Assembly: GCA_027484965.1 (NCBI GenBank)
Contig: JAIXRY010000015.1
Coordinates: 1,622-65,621, forward strand
DNA length: 64,000 nt
Origin: a bacterium
GTDB lineage: Bacteria; Patescibacteriota; Minisyncoccia; Phycocordibacterales; UBA9973
Direction: 5' to 3'
Below the pieces are notes generated by a model that did not search any database, was not told where the DNA came from, and worked only from the letters and a program-made list of their open reading frames with translations. Both the position numbers and the translations under genes were made by a program. This document shows, in pieces, positions 19,227 to 30,779 of the stretch (positions within the stretch are counted from its first letter, which is position 1; the number at the start of each line of letters is the position of its first letter).

Positions 19227-19268
19227 AAAAAACAAAAACATCTATTTTAAAATAGATGTTTTTGTTTT
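19227..19268 (+). terminator. Rho-independent terminator upstream of ftsH
   Basis: AAAAACAAAAACATCTATTTTAAAATAGATGTTTTTGTTTTT. Confidence 0.55.
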
Positions 19269-19333
19269 TACGGTTAAATGAAATTTATTTACGAGTTTTT
19301 AAATATGAACATTTTTTGATATAATGTCTATAT

Positions 19334-21247
19334 ATGTCACAAAAGAAACAAAAAAATAAGAAACAAAATGTATGGATGAAATTCAGCGCACACATTACAA
19401 CGACAGTTATCATATTGCTTGCCGTTGTGGTCTTGTACAATGCAATTTCAAACAGTTTTAAACCTACAGAGAAGCTCACTCTTTCAGATGTTGCAAGTAA
19501 GGTTACAGATGCTTCAATCAAGAACATTATCGTTGATGGAGACACTCTCGACATTACACTTACAGATGATACAAAGAGGGAAGCCAAGAAAGAACCAGAC
19601 GCTTCACTTACTGAAACATTAAAAAATTATGGAGTAACTTCAGAGGCTCTCAAAAATATTCCTATCACAATCAAGTCTCCATCTGGTTTTGGAATATTCC
19701 TCCTCAATGTTCTTCCGTTTGTTATACCTTTAGTGCTTATAGGATTTCTTCTTTGGTACACACTTCGCCAAGCAAAAGGTGCAGGAATGCAAGCTATGAG
19801 TTTCGGTCAGTCACGTGCACGCATTACTGACCCAAACGATCCAAACAATCGCGTAACATTCAAAGATGTAGCTGGTAATAGAGAAGCAAAAGAAGAACTT
19901 ACTGAAATAGTAGACTTCTTGCGTAATCCAAAGAAATTCTTAGACATTGGCGCCCGTATTCCAAAAGGAGTGTTGCTTACAGGTGCTCCAGGTACAGGTA
20001 AAACACTTCTTGCTCGTGCAGCCGCAGGAGAGGCTGGTGTACCATTTTTTCATTTATCTGGTTCTGAATTTGTAGAGATGTTCGTCGGTGTTGGTGCGTC
20101 ACGTGTACGTGATCTTTTCCGCATGGCCAAGAAGGCTTCACCTGCGATTATCTTTATAGATGAGATTGATGCTGTAGGACGTGTTCGTGGCGGTGGATTT
20201 GGTGGGGGTAATGATGAACGTGAACAAACTCTCAATCAAATTTTGGTTGAGATGGATGGATTCGAACCAACAGAGAAAGTGATAGTGATGGCAGCAACAA
20301 ACAGAAGTGATGTTCTTGATCCCGCACTACTTCGTCCAGGACGTTTCGATAGAAGAGTAACTCTAGATCTTCCTGATCGTCGTGACCGCGAAGAAATTCT
20401 AAATATTCACGCAAAAGAAAAACCATTTGCAAAAGATGTGTCACTTTCTGTAATCGCAACACGCACTCCAGGATTCTCTGGTGCAGATTTGTACTCACTC
20501 ATGAATGAAGGTGCAATATTCGCAGCACGTGACAACAGAAAAGAAATTTTCCAAAATGACTTGATGCGTGCAATCGAAAAAGTAATGATTGGTCCAGAGC
20601 GAAAGAGTCACTTGATGACTGAAGTTGAGAAAAAAATTGTGGCTTACCATGAAGCAGGACATGCTCTTATATCTTCTGTGCTTCCACACGCAGATCCTGT
20701 TCACAAAGTCTCTATAATCGCACGAGGAAGCGCTGGAGGATATACATTGCATCTTCCTCTAGAAGAGAGAAAACTTCAGTCAAAACAAGAGTTTATTGAC
20801 GATTTGGCTGTATCTCTAGGTGGATACGCTGCAGAAGAATTGATTATGGGAGATATTACTACAGGCCCATCAAATGATCTTCAAGTCTCTACAAATCTTG
20901 CTCGTGCTATGGTTACAAGATGGGGTATGAGTGATCTTATTGGTCCTGTTGCACTCGAATCAAATGGAGGTAAAGTTATGTTTGGAAAAGGTGTTGATGA
21001 TGAAAAATATTCAGAGAGTATGTCAGCGAAGATTGATGGTGAAGTGTCACGTATGATGCATGATGCACTCGACACGGCACGTAAGACTATTCGCACATAT
21101 CGTGAAGCGCTCGACGCAATCGCAAACAAATTGATTGAAGTAGAAAACTTGGAACAAGATGAGTATGAAGAAATAATTTCTAAGCACGGAATCAAATTAA
21201 AAAAACTTTTAGAAAAAAAATCTGAAAAAATTATTTCTAAAAAATAA
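19334..21247 (+). CDS. ftsH: ATP-dependent zinc metalloprotease FtsH
   Basis: N-terminal TM helices, AAA+ Walker [15 protein letters not shown], and HEAGHAL zinc site. Confidence 0.93.
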   Translation: MSQKKQKNKKQNVWMKFSAHITTTVIILLAVVVLYNAISNSFKPTEKLTLSDVASKVTDASIKNIIVDGDTLDITLTDDTKREAKKEPDASLTETLKNYGVTSEALKNIPITIKSPSGFGIFLLNVLPFVIPLVLIGFLLWYTLRQAKGAGMQAMSFGQSRARITDPNDPNNRVTFKDVAGNREAKEELTEIVDFLRNPKKFLDIGARIPKGVLLTGAPGTGKTLLARAAAGEAGVPFFHLSGSEFVEMFVGVGASRVRDLFRMAKKASPAIIFIDEIDAVGRVRGGGFGGGNDEREQTLNQILVEMDGFEPTEKVIVMAATNRSDVLDPALLRPGRFDRRVTLDLPDRRDREEILNIHAKEKPFAKDVSLSVIATRTPGFSGADLYSLMNEGAIFAARDNRKEIFQNDLMRAIEKVMIGPERKSHLMTEVEKKIVAYHEAGHALISSVLPHADPVHKVSIIARGSAGGYTLHLPLEERKLQSKQEFIDDLAVSLGGYAAEELIMGDITTGPSNDLQVSTNLARAMVTRWGMSDLIGPVALESNGGKVMFGKGVDDEKYSESMSAKIDGEVSRMMHDALDTARKTIRTYREALDAIANKLIEVENLEQDEYEEIISKHGIKLKKLLEKKSEKIISKK

Positions 21248-21306
21248 AAATACAGTGCATAAAAAATTCCGACCATGTGGTCGGAATTTTTTATGCACTG
21301 TATTTT
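21248..21306. terminator. Nested palindromic bidirectional terminator
   Basis: AAATACAGTGCATAAAAAATTCCGACCATGTGGTCGGAATTTTTTATGCACTGTATTT. Confidence 0.6.
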
Positions 21307-21353
21307 TGCAAGAGGGGAAAGTGTAAAACTTATAAATAATACAAAAAATTTAT

Positions 21354-21851
21354 TTAGTCAATTTTTATATTTTTTGCTTGACCAACACTTGCAAGTTCGC
21401 TTGTTGCAAGATCAAGGATCTCTCCATGGAAGTTCAATCCTTCTTCACAAATCATCATAAGGCTACTATTGTCAATACCTTGCGCACATCCATTAAGTAA
21501 TGCAAAATGCACAATCGCAGCACCTTCGAAGAAGCCACTCCACTCCATAATCTCAGTTGCATTTTCCCATTCATCACCCACATATAAGTCACGCATTTTT
21601 GTGAGTTTTTCGACTGTTTTTCCTTGTTTTGTAAGGGTTATTTCAGATACTCCACTTTCTTCCACAAACTTTTTTAGCGCTTCTAAGTGGGCGTTATTTG
21701 TGTCTATATAGCTTGTCACTTGTTCTGCTCCAAGAGTGTTTGTGAGAGTGAGTGACGCTCTCTTCCAAGTGTCGATTCCTACCTCACAAAACGCTAATAC
21801 TTCACCAATTTTTTTTGCTGTAAATTCATTAATCATACATAGAGTATACAT
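21354..21851 (-). CDS. Hypothetical protein (about 160 aa, helical). Start uncertain.
   Basis: Long ORF convergent with ftsH. No motif recognised. Confidence 0.4.
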   Translation of the reverse strand: MYTLCMINEFTAKKIGEVLAFCEVGIDTWKRASLTLTNTLGAEQVTSYIDTNNAHLEALKKFVEESGVSEITLTKQGKTVEKLTKMRDLYVGDEWENATEIMEWSGFFEGAAIVHFALLNGCAQGIDNSSLMMICEEGLNFHGEILDLATSELASVGQAKNIKID

Positions 21852-21961
21852 GCACAGTACGTATGTACGTCAAGTGGATAAATATCTTTATAAAATAAAG
21901 GTTTTATCCACATATAAACACAGAAAATATAGATAAATTTTGTTAAAATAATAAGAGTCAT

Positions 21962-24900
21962 ATGCAGAGTGGCTACACCAAAAACTTACGCGCATTTTTG
22001 CGGAAGAACAGCATCATTTTGTCGCTGGTATTTTTTGCTTTGTTTGGTACTGGTGTAAGTCTTTTTGCTGCTGCTCCAGATACTGAGCCATATCAACCAG
22101 GAGAGACTCTTGACCCCACATGTATTCCAGGTTCTTCAGTAAACTGTACAGTTCGAATATTACCTTCTCAAATTGGTAATGCTGGTAAATTTTTGACTAC
22201 AAACGGAACAACAACATCTTGGGCTTCAGTTCTCACTTCTCCATCTTTTTCTGATGTTACCCTTACAGGTAACACTACATTTCCATCCCTTTCAACTGCT
22301 GGGGGAATATTATACACAGATGGTTCTGGCGTTCTTGCTCAGTCTGCTGCAGGTATTGCTGGCCAAGCAGTTATTTCTGGGGGCGCTACTGGTCCAACAT
22401 ATTTTGCTCCAACATTAGGTTCAATACTTTTTGCTGGAACATCTGGAATTCTTTCTGAAAATAATTCAAATTTCTTTTGGGATAATACGAACAACAGACT
22501 AGGTCTTGGTACAAATACTCCAGTAACATTACTTAATATCGGGACAGGTACACCTACAACAGCTTCTAGTGGAATTCAGTTTGGTACAGATGTGCTTGCA
22601 AACCTATATCGTAACGATACAGGGAATATTAAAACAGATGGTGTTTTGAATGTGGGCGACCAATTGAACGTGGGGAACAGTTTAGATCTTACAGGTAATC
22701 TCTATTCTAGAGGCGATCTAAGACTTTTGAATAAAGCTGAAAATGGTTGGATTAGTTTTGCTACTCGCAACACTGCTGGACCAGAAGCTCTATATGACTT
22801 ATCAAATATTGGAACATTGTTTGCTAACCAAATTAATTCTTCTGGAACTATTAGTGCAACACTACCTTCAGGCTCATTTGGTACTATCGCTTCTTTTGGA
22901 GCAAATGGTGCTGCTGGTCTTATAAATATCGGATATGAAGATGGTAGTGGAATTAGTAGTATTACCGGCTCTGGTTTCGGACCTTTCCAAGTCGCTTCAT
23001 CTGCGAATAATAATATTATTATCAATCCAGGTAGTGGTAATGTGGGAATCGGAGCAGTGAGTCCTACTCAAAAATTGGAGGTGAATGGAAATATATTGGT
23101 AGGTGGCAGTAATGCATATTTGTATTTTAGAGATGAATATAATTACATTAAAAATGCTGATGGATTACCTGTAGATGTAAAAGGTCATCATGGAGTGCGC
23201 GCATACAATGATCTTGGGGAAGTTGCACGTTTTGGTACAGCGAGTGATTCTTTGAATTCTTACTTTAATGGAAATGTCGGTATTGGTTCTGTTACACCTT
23301 CCGCAAGACTTGAAGTTAAATCAGAATTAAATACAGACAGTGTTATTGCTATTAATACAAATTCTGTAGATTTTGATTCATACCTTTCACTTCAAGAAGC
23401 TGGTGTTGAAAAATGGAAATTCCGCAATCAAGGTGATAGTGGAGATAAGCTTCGTATTGGAAGTGCTACAAACCCTCTAGCAATTTCTGTTTCTCAAATG
23501 GGACAAATAAGTTTGGGTTCAACAACAGCTAGTGCTTGGTTGTATCTTCCAGCAAGTACTGGAGCTGGTCAAACTGCGCCACTTAAATTCACAGCAGGGA
23601 CAAATATTATATCTCCAGAAACAGGTGCTGTAGAATATGATGGTACTCAGCTATTTTTTACTCCAGCTTCTACTCGTAATATTTTGGCGCAAGTGTCAGG
23701 ATCTACAGCTCTTACTTCAGGATCTATTCCTTTTGCAACAACTTCAGGATATCTCACACAAGATAATTCAAATTTCTTCTGGGACGATACTAATAACAGA
23801 TTAGGTATTGGTACAGCGAGTCCAGCAACAGCATTGGATGTAAATGGTGTTGTTAAAGCCTCATTTCTAAGAGCAGATTATTTAAATACAACAAATAATG
23901 GAGCAACTATTATAGGTAATTTTACAAGTGAAAACCGTATTTATGACCAAGCTGGTACATGGTTAATGACTTTAAAATCAGGTAACGTCGGTATTGGTAC
24001 AACTAATCCAGGTTATAGATTAGATATTCTAGGTTCTAGTACGTCTGGTGTCTCTGCTTCAACTCAAATTCTCGGTGGAACAGGAACAAGTGCTGGTGGT
24101 CTTAGATTAGGTGCTTGGAGTGCTTCATACGGAGGATTTTGGTCTGCGAGTGTAATACCTTCATCTACTAACTATGCTCTTATTTCAAATGGTGCTGATA
24201 CAGCATTAAACACTACTTCAACTGGAGGAATTTATATAAACAATAGTACACAAGCTTTAGGGTGGAATATTAACGGAGTTTCAATCGGAGCAGCCGCTAC
24301 TAGTCAAGGACAGCTTGCTGTTATAAATCAAAATAATTCTCGTGTAGCTCTTGTAGTAAGAGCTACCACTTCTCAAACCGCAAATCTTACACAATGGCAA
24401 GATAATACAGGTGTTGTATTGGCTAGAATAGCTTCTAATGGTGCATTAAGTGTAGGTACAACTAACACCTCTGACCTGTATGGTGATTGGGGAGGTGCTG
24501 CTGAAATTCCAGCTGGTGCAGCCAATAGTTCTTCTAATGGTGGAATGTCTCTTTTTGCTGGGGGCACTACTCCTGGAACGAATAAAGCGGGTATTTACTA
24601 TTATCAAGGGGGTACACAATGGCGTTCAGCTGCAGAAGTTTCTAACACAACAAGCGGTTTTGGAAACCTTTTGCTTATGAAGTCTGGCGGTAACGTTGGT
24701 ATTGGTACAACAAGTCCAACCGCAAGACTAAATATTGTTGGAAATATTTTAGGACAAAGCTCTCTAACAGATGCAACAGCTAAAGACTTTTCTATAACTA
24801 CTGGACATCATACAAATTCAGAAGAATCTTTAGCGATGATTTCTGGTATTTCAAATGCTACACAAAATATTATATATTTAGGAGGTGGAAGTTCTTCTAA

Positions 24901-27900
24901 TAATACAGCTACTGATGTTCGTTTCTTTACAGCTGCAAACAACACAACAACTACAGGGACAGAAAGAATGAGAATATTATCAAATGGTAATGTCGGTATT
25001 GGAACAACAAATCCAGGATTCCCATTAGAAGTAGCGTCTAGTGGTACCAATGATACTGCAAGATTTTATGGGAATAGTGGTACAGCTCTTGTGTATGTTG
25101 GAGTAAACGGAACACTGGCTAGTGTAAGTGGTCAGTATAGAATTTATGCAAATAGTGGTATTCCTCTAACTCTAGGTGCTAACGGTATTCATAGTCAAAT
25201 GTTTATAAGTACTGCAGGCAATGTCGGTATAGGAACTACAAGTCCAGTAGGAAAACTAGATGTATCTGCTGGTCTTGGTTCTCAAACAGCTGGAGATTTT
25301 GTTGTAGATACTGCAAATAATATCGTGTATGTTGGTAAACTCGATAGTGTTTCAGGTAATACAAACTTTATCTTTAGAGATAGGTTGGGTGGTGTGAAAT
25401 CACGTTGGGAAAACGCAGGTTCTGGAAGTATTGGATTTTCTAATTTTAGTAACGGCTTTGGTGTAAGTATCGGTCCAACAATATCAGGTTCTATAGGGTC
25501 TATTGGAACAATGCTGTTAGTTCAAAATGCGAATGCTGGTTCTACTAATCCAACAGCGATATTTAGACAAGGCACAACTCAAACAGGTGACTTAATGCAA
25601 TGGCAAAATAGCGCAGGAACTGTTCTTGCTGAAATAGATGTTAATGGTTCTATGATAAACGACTCACTTTTCAGTCTTACTCATAATGCAACATCAAGAA
25701 CAGCAGTTGAAATTACAAAATCAAACGATGATGGTATATTAAATATTTATCGTGATGGTTCTATTGATACAAAAATTCAAGGTAATGGTAATTCATACTT
25801 TGCAAGTCTTAGTGGTGCTTTTGTAGGTATTGGTACTTCAAGTCCTTCTTATCCTCTTGATGTTACCGTTCCTACATCTGGTAGTTTTGCTCAAAGAATT
25901 ACTCGAAACACAGCAGCAACAACAAACTTTAATTCAACAAACATTCTAGTTTCAAGATCAACAGGAGACGCTGCTGACGGATTTGGAGGAGGTTCTGTAT
26001 ATGCTCTATCAGACAACACAGTAGGAGATACATTTCTGGGTTCTGTTGGTGCTGTGAGGGACGGCGCTGATAATTCTGGCGCTTTGGTTTTTAATACATA
26101 TATAACTGGTAGTTTCAATGAAAGAATGAGAATTACTTCATCAGGTCTTGTGTCTATTGGTGTAAACTCTGGTATAGCTCGATTGGGGGTAGTGAATGCT
26201 AATGCTGGAGGTGTTGCTATGATTGTAAGAGGAGCAGCTTCACAGTCTGCAAACTTAGTTCAATTTCAAGACGCTACTGGTACTGTTTTAAGTCGTGTAG
26301 CAGCGGATGGAAGTCTCCTTGTGAGAGAAGATTATACAACAGGTGCTGCTGTTTTAATGACATTTGCTGGAAATAGAGCTACTTATGGTATTGACTCTAA
26401 TTCAGATTTTTATATTGATACATCTGCTGCTAGAGGTACAGCAATAAAATCAGGTGGTGTAACAACATTGTATACATCATCTAATTCTACAGGAAACAAT
26501 ATAACTATTGGTTCAAATACTTCTATTGCTAAGTTTGGAGTTATAAACTCTAATGCTAGTACTGTTGCTTCTGTAATTCGTGGTACTACTTCTCAATCAG
26601 CAGATTTAACACAATGGCAAGATAACTCGGCTACAGTTTTAGGCGCAATTAAATCTAGTGGCGCAATGGTTATTGGTAATAGTGGTGCTCAAATTGGGTC
26701 TGTACCGCTCTCTGTTGTTGGTTCAGGGACAGATGCTTATATAGCAATGAAACCAGTAGGACAATCAGGATTTGGTTTTACCTTTGGTACACCTTCTGCA
26801 CAAAACTCTGAATTATGGAATTACGGAACTGGATTTATGCGTTTTGCAACAAACAATGCAGAATATATGAGAATTGTCTCAACTGGGGATGTAGGTGTCG
26901 GTACATCTACCCCTCTTACAGTAAACGGTATTTCTGTTGCAGGCGAGAGAGTATTAAATGTAAACGGTTCTGGTGGTACAAGACTCGCAGTACAGAGTGC
27001 GTCAGGTTCTAGTTTGGACTTCGTAAATACTGGAAACTCTACAAATGCAAAATGGGCATTATTCCAAAATCTTTCAAATAACTTCATTATTAAGTCTCAC
27101 ACTGACGCAGGTTCTACTCGCTTTACTTTCTTAACTGCTGATTTGACTACTGGCAATCTTACTGTGGGAAATTCTGGAATGGCAAAAACTTTGTCTTTAC
27201 AATCTGACAGAGCTAATATTATTGTAAGAGGTTCTACAGACGGAGGGACAGGTCCATTTATAGATTATGATATAAACTCAAGCTCTACAGCAGGTACTAC
27301 TTTTGCTCGTATTTCAAATGGTACACTGTCTGGCGCTACTTCAGGAACAAATATTGCTGTGGCGATGTCTCCAACATTTAATCCAGCTGCAGGAACAGGT
27401 GTGTTTAGAACTCTTGATATAAACTACACCACCAATGCAAGTGGCGCTCAAGGTGGTTCAATGACTGGGCTTCGTGTGAATAGAAATGTTCAAGGTGGCT
27501 CTACTGCATTTACTACAGACATGCTTGCAGATTTCCAAGCAGGAGGTCTCTCTCAATTTTCTGTGAGAGCTGATGGTGTAGTTACTATTGGGTCGTCTGG
27601 ATATTTAGTAACTCCAACAATATTTTCTGGTGGAGGAGGAACAACAGCGTTTGGTAATAGAGTATTGGTCGGTACTACTGGAACCACTACTGCACAACTA
27701 GAAACTAGGGCTGCATCTGCAACTACTGTTCCTTTGTTTGTAAGAGGTGCGTCTTCACAAACAGCAGACCTTCAGCAATGGCAAAGTAGCGACAGTACAA
27801 GATTGTTGTCAGTAAATAGTGCTGGTAATATCGTTATGCAAGCCACTTCAGACAAATACATATATGGTGGACCTGCAAGTGGAAACTATATCAATATGTA

Positions 27901-30052
27901 TAATTCATCAACAGGAAGAATACATTTAAAGGGATTAGGTACAGCTGGAGCTCAAATAGAGGGTGCTTTGGTTGTAGAAGGGGCTCTTAGCTTTAATGGT
28001 AATCTATCTCTTGCTAGTAATAGTATTTTAGGTACAAGTAATTCTGAAATACGTTTATATGACGGATCAACAGGTAATATTCAATTGCGAGCTGGTACTG
28101 GCTCAGTTGGTATATCACAAATTTCATTTTGGACCGGAACTACTCCTACAGAAAGAATGAAAATTGATAGTAGTGGTAATGTCGGTATTGGTACAACGAG
28201 CCCATCTGCTAGACTTCAAGTTAACTCAACTTCATCAGCTGTAGATCCACAGGTGATTGATATATCTACTGGTGGTTATGCTTCCAGTACTAATCATAAT
28301 GGACTAGTTTTGCAAAACAGTAATACAGCTACAAACAACAATCAACAATACGCACCGAGTATAGTATTTAGTGGTAATACTTGGTCTACTAATTCTTCGA
28401 CTGCGAACAATTCAAAATTAAGAATTGCACAGACTGGTGGTCAGACTTTTGCGCAAGGCAGGTCTTATCTGAGTTTTCAAAATAATGAAAACAATGGTGG
28501 TTGGAATACAATGATGCACCTAACTCCAGATACAGGATTGTTTGTAGGAGGTACAAATGGTATGGGAAATATTACTTCTTTAAACCTAACATTAGGTCCA
28601 AAATCTTCTTCAGGTACAATTGCTCAAGGTTCTATGATTTTTATGAGAATTGCATCAAACTTTAATCCGACATCAGGTACGGCAAATGCTTCAAACATTG
28701 ATACTACAGGTCTAGGATTTAATCCATCTTCAGGAAATGCAGAATTCAATGGGTACGCATATAGCATGTTAATAAGTCAAACAGGTAGTGCGGCTGGCAT
28801 CACTCGTGGAATGTATATTAATCCTAATTTGGCATCAGCAGCAGATTTCCGAGCAATAGAGATATCAAACAATAGTCATTATGGAATATATCAAAGTGGT
28901 GCAAGTGCAAAAAACTATTTCAATGGGAACGTCGGTATTGGAACAACATCTCCAGCAGAAAGATTTCATGTGTCAGGAAGTGATACTAGTGGTAGTGGGA
29001 TTGTCGCATTGGTTGAAAATACTGCAACAACAGGATCACCTTATGCTACCTTTAGAATGAAGTCATCTAATACGGTTTATGGGCAGTTCTTTGGCGGTGC
29101 TGTAAATGATCCTTATGGAATTGTAAATGGTATAACAATGACTCCAGGAACAAGTACTCAAGATATTGGTTTTCGAACTGGTAATCAGGTTACAGGTGGC
29201 GGAAATGGACCTTCAATGATTATTAAAGATAGTGGTAATGTAGGTATTGGGACAAAAGCACCAGGATACAAATTGGAAGTAGGTAGTGCAAGTGTGACTG
29301 GGATAGTGTCTCGATTTGTAAACTCTACTGGTACTTGTGATATTAATCCTACAACCACATCACTCTCTTGTTCTTCAGACCAAAATCTTAAGAAAAATAT
29401 TACTTCACTTTCAGATGAATTATTAACAAAAGTTATTTCACTTAGACCTGTAACTTATAATTGGAATAGTGAGACTACAGAGACTGTTGGTCATATTGGA
29501 TTTATAGCTCAAGAAGTTGAACAGATATTCCCAGATTTGGTGTCTACCGATTCTGTCTCAGGATTAAAATCCTTAAATTATATTGGCTTTATTCCTTACA
29601 TAACAAAAGCTGTTATAGAGCAAAATATAAAAGTATCACTCCTTGAAGATAGGGTTAAGGCTTTGGAAGATAAAATCAACGGAACAAATGGTTTAATTGG
29701 TGGAATTGTTAGCGATGTAAAAGATATGGTTGTGAGTACTTTGAAAGTTGGAACACCAGAAAAGAGAACTGGTATTACAATATACGACGAATCGACAGGT
29801 GATCCTTTCTGTATAAAAGTTGTAAACGGAAATATGCAAACAGTTCCAGGTGAATGTGCTGTAGTAAGTGCTCAAACACAAACAGTTCTTCCTGAAAATA
29901 GTCAAAACCAAAATATAAATGAAGAACTAATAAATGACTCTTCAAAAAATACAGACACAGCAGAAAAGATGATAACAGAAGACCAAACAACAGATCTGAC
30001 GGTTGAACCAATAATAGAAATACCTCAAACAGAAGAAATTGCCACAGAATAA
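21962..30052 (+). CDS. Giant (2696 aa) secreted or surface fibrous protein: N-terminal signal/TM, Gly/Thr/Ser/Asn-rich tail-fibre-like repeats, C-terminal intramolecular-chaperone (peptidase S74-like) domain
   Basis: N-terminal hydrophobic segment LSLVFFALFGTGVSLFAAAP. At least eight copies of GNVGIGTT(S/N)P...(R/K)L.V.G. At least five copies of SQ(S/T)A(N/D)L.QWQ...G.VL. The C-terminal segment (about 29370-29700) SSDQNLKKNI...L.PV.YNW.......HIGFIAQEVEQ.FP.LV matches the endosialidase / tail-fibre intramolecular chaperone family. Confidence 0.8.
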   Translation: MQSGYTKNLRAFLRKNSIILSLVFFALFGTGVSLFAAAPDTEPYQPGETLDPTCIPGSSVNCTVRILPSQIGNAGKFLTTNGTTTSWASVLTSPSFSDVTLTGNTTFPSLSTAGGILYTDGSGVLAQSAAGIAGQAVISGGATGPTYFAPTLGSILFAGTSGILSENNSNFFWDNTNNRLGLGTNTPVTLLNIGTGTPTTASSGIQFGTDVLANLYRNDTGNIKTDGVLNVGDQLNVGNSLDLTGNLYSRGDLRLLNKAENGWISFATRNTAGPEALYDLSNIGTLFANQINSSGTISATLPSGSFGTIASFGANGAAGLINIGYEDGSGISSITGSGFGPFQVASSANNNIIINPGSGNVGIGAVSPTQKLEVNGNILVGGSNAYLYFRDEYNYIKNADGLPVDVKGHHGVRAYNDLGEVARFGTASDSLNSYFNGNVGIGSVTPSARLEVKSELNTDSVIAINTNSVDFDSYLSLQEAGVEKWKFRNQGDSGDKLRIGSATNPLAISVSQMGQISLGSTTASAWLYLPASTGAGQTAPLKFTAGTNIISPETGAVEYDGTQLFFTPASTRNILAQVSGSTALTSGSIPFATTSGYLTQDNSNFFWDDTNNRLGIGTASPATALDVNGVVKASFLRADYLNTTNNGATIIGNFTSENRIYDQAGTWLMTLKSGNVGIGTTNPGYRLDILGSSTSGVSASTQILGGTGTSAGGLRLGAWSASYGGFWSASVIPSSTNYALISNGADTALNTTSTGGIYINNSTQALGWNINGVSIGAAATSQGQLAVINQNNSRVALVVRATTSQTANLTQWQDNTGVVLARIASNGALSVGTTNTSDLYGDWGGAAEIPAGAANSSSNGGMSLFAGGTTPGTNKAGIYYYQGGTQWRSAAEVSNTTSGFGNLLLMKSGGNVGIGTTSPTARLNIVGNILGQSSLTDATAKDFSITTGHHTNSEESLAMISGISNATQNIIYLGGGSSSNNTATDVRFFTAANNTTTTGTERMRILSNGNVGIGTTNPGFPLEVASSGTNDTARFYGNSGTALVYVGVNGTLASVSGQYRIYANSGIPLTLGANGIHSQMFISTAGNVGIGTTSPVGKLDVSAGLGSQTAGDFVVDTANNIVYVGKLDSVSGNTNFIFRDRLGGVKSRWENAGSGSIGFSNFSNGFGVSIGPTISGSIGSIGTMLLVQNANAGSTNPTAIFRQGTTQTGDLMQWQNSAGTVLAEIDVNGSMINDSLFSLTHNATSRTAVEITKSNDDGILNIYRDGSIDTKIQGNGNSYFASLSGAFVGIGTSSPSYPLDVTVPTSGSFAQRITRNTAATTNFNSTNILVSRSTGDAADGFGGGSVYALSDNTVGDTFLGSVGAVRDGADNSGALVFNTYITGSFNERMRITSSGLVSIGVNSGIARLGVVNANAGGVAMIVRGAASQSANLVQFQDATGTVLSRVAADGSLLVREDYTTGAAVLMTFAGNRATYGIDSNSDFYIDTSAARGTAIKSGGVTTLYTSSNSTGNNITIGSNTSIAKFGVINSNASTVASVIRGTTSQSADLTQWQDNSATVLGAIKSSGAMVIGNSGAQIGSVPLSVVGSGTDAYIAMKPVGQSGFGFTFGTPSAQNSELWNYGTGFMRFATNNAEYMRIVSTGDVGVGTSTPLTVNGISVAGERVLNVNGSGGTRLAVQSASGSSLDFVNTGNSTNAKWALFQNLSNNFIIKSHTDAGSTRFTFLTADLTTGNLTVGNSGMAKTLSLQSDRANIIVRGSTDGGTGPFIDYDINSSSTAGTTFARISNGTLSGATSGTNIAVAMSPTFNPAAGTGVFRTLDINYTTNASGAQGGSMTGLRVNRNVQGGSTAFTTDMLADFQAGGLSQFSVRADGVVTIGSSGYLVTPTIFSGGGGTTAFGNRVLVGTTGTTTAQLETRAASATTVPLFVRGASSQTADLQQWQSSDSTRLLSVNSAGNIVMQATSDKYIYGGPASGNYINMYNSSTGRIHLKGLGTAGAQIEGALVVEGALSFNGNLSLASNSILGTSNSEIRLYDGSTGNIQLRAGTGSVGISQISFWTGTTPTERMKIDSSGNVGIGTTSPSARLQVNSTSSAVDPQVIDISTGGYASSTNHNGLVLQNSNTATNNNQQYAPSIVFSGNTWSTNSSTANNSKLRIAQTGGQTFAQGRSYLSFQNNENNGGWNTMMHLTPDTGLFVGGTNGMGNITSLNLTLGPKSSSGTIAQGSMIFMRIASNFNPTSGTANASNIDTTGLGFNPSSGNAEFNGYAYSMLISQTGSAAGITRGMYINPNLASAADFRAIEISNNSHYGIYQSGASAKNYFNGNVGIGTTSPAERFHVSGSDTSGSGIVALVENTATTGSPYATFRMKSSNTVYGQFFGGAVNDPYGIVNGITMTPGTSTQDIGFRTGNQVTGGGNGPSMIIKDSGNVGIGTKAPGYKLEVGSASVTGIVSRFVNSTGTCDINPTTTSLSCSSDQNLKKNITSLSDELLTKVISLRPVTYNWNSETTETVGHIGFIAQEVEQIFPDLVSTDSVSGLKSLNYIGFIPYITKAVIEQNIKVSLLEDRVKALEDKINGTNGLIGGIVSDVKDMVVSTLKVGTPEKRTGITIYDESTGDPFCIKVVNGNMQTVPGECAVVSAQTQTVLPENSQNQNINEELINDSSKNTDTAEKMITEDQTTDLTVEPIIEIPQTEEIATE

Positions 30053-30094
30053 AAATAACTAGAGATAGTTATTTTTATTTGTTATAATTATTTT

Positions 30095-30688
30095 ATGAAA
30101 AAAGGTTTTACCCTTCTCGAGCTCCTCATTGTTATAGCAATCATAGGAGTACTCTCATCTATAGTTCTTGTAAGTTTGGGTAATTCCCGCGCAAAAGCCG
30201 ATACTGCTTTTGTAAAACAACAAGCAGATCAGATTAAAAAACAAATGGAATTATATTATCAACAATATGGTAATTATGGTTATTATGCTACCAACATGAA
30301 TATTCGTGGTGGGTATCAACCAGCAGGATATGCAGGATACGTCAATTTTCCAGGTGGCGCAGGGGATTGCTACGCCCCCTTTGCAAGACAAACTGTATCT
30401 GATACTCCGGGGACAATTAGTTATCAGATTGCTTTGATGGTTGGTAAAGCAATGCAAAAAACAAGTGATAATGTATTTTGGTGTTATATTTCACCAGACC
30501 AACAATCATACGCTTTTGCTTTTGTTGGTATGAAGACTGGTCCTAATACTTATTGTATTGATTCTAGTGGTAATGTTAAGGAGTCTAATACTGCAAATCT
30601 AACAACTCCTATAGGAAGCGTCATTGGTGGAACTTTGCAACGAGTTACGAATGCTGCATTACTAACTTCACCTGTGTCTTGTTTGTAA
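30095..30688 (+). CDS. Type IV pilin-like protein (prepilin, class III signal)
   Basis: MKKGFTLLELLIVIAIIGVL, with G|FTLLE at the prepilin peptidase site and Glu5. Confidence 0.85.
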   Translation: MKKGFTLLELLIVIAIIGVLSSIVLVSLGNSRAKADTAFVKQQADQIKKQMELYYQQYGNYGYYATNMNIRGGYQPAGYAGYVNFPGGAGDCYAPFARQTVSDTPGTISYQIALMVGKAMQKTSDNVFWCYISPDQQSYAFAFVGMKTGPNTYCIDSSGNVKESNTANLTTPIGSVIGGTLQRVTNAALLTSPVSCL

Positions 30689-30760
30689 TTTAAACCTATA
30701 CACTCTGGGTATGCGGACATTAATTAAAAAACCTCCTTTTGTGGAGGTTTTTTAATTAAT

Positions 30761-30779
30761 GTCCGCCCTCTTGGATTCG
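30761..30779. repeat. 19-bp direct repeat of the tRNA-Ile(TAT) 3' end (att-like scar). The partner is at 32412-32430.
   Basis: GTCCGCCCTCTTGGATTCG is identical at both positions. The upstream copy is embedded in a long palindrome (30713-30768). Confidence 0.6.

Noticed and set aside
22702-27087. Several 60-107 aa ORFs on both strands inside the giant gene
   Set aside because: They are embedded in, or antisense to, the 8.1-kb ORF whose repeats and C-terminal domain give coherent protein signal. Repeat-rich DNA generates spurious frames.
21962-30052. Interpreting the giant protein as an S-layer or generic hemagglutinin
   Set aside because: No SLH or autotransporter domain. The repeat motif and the C-terminal intramolecular-chaperone-like segment point to a phage tail-fibre-like fibre.
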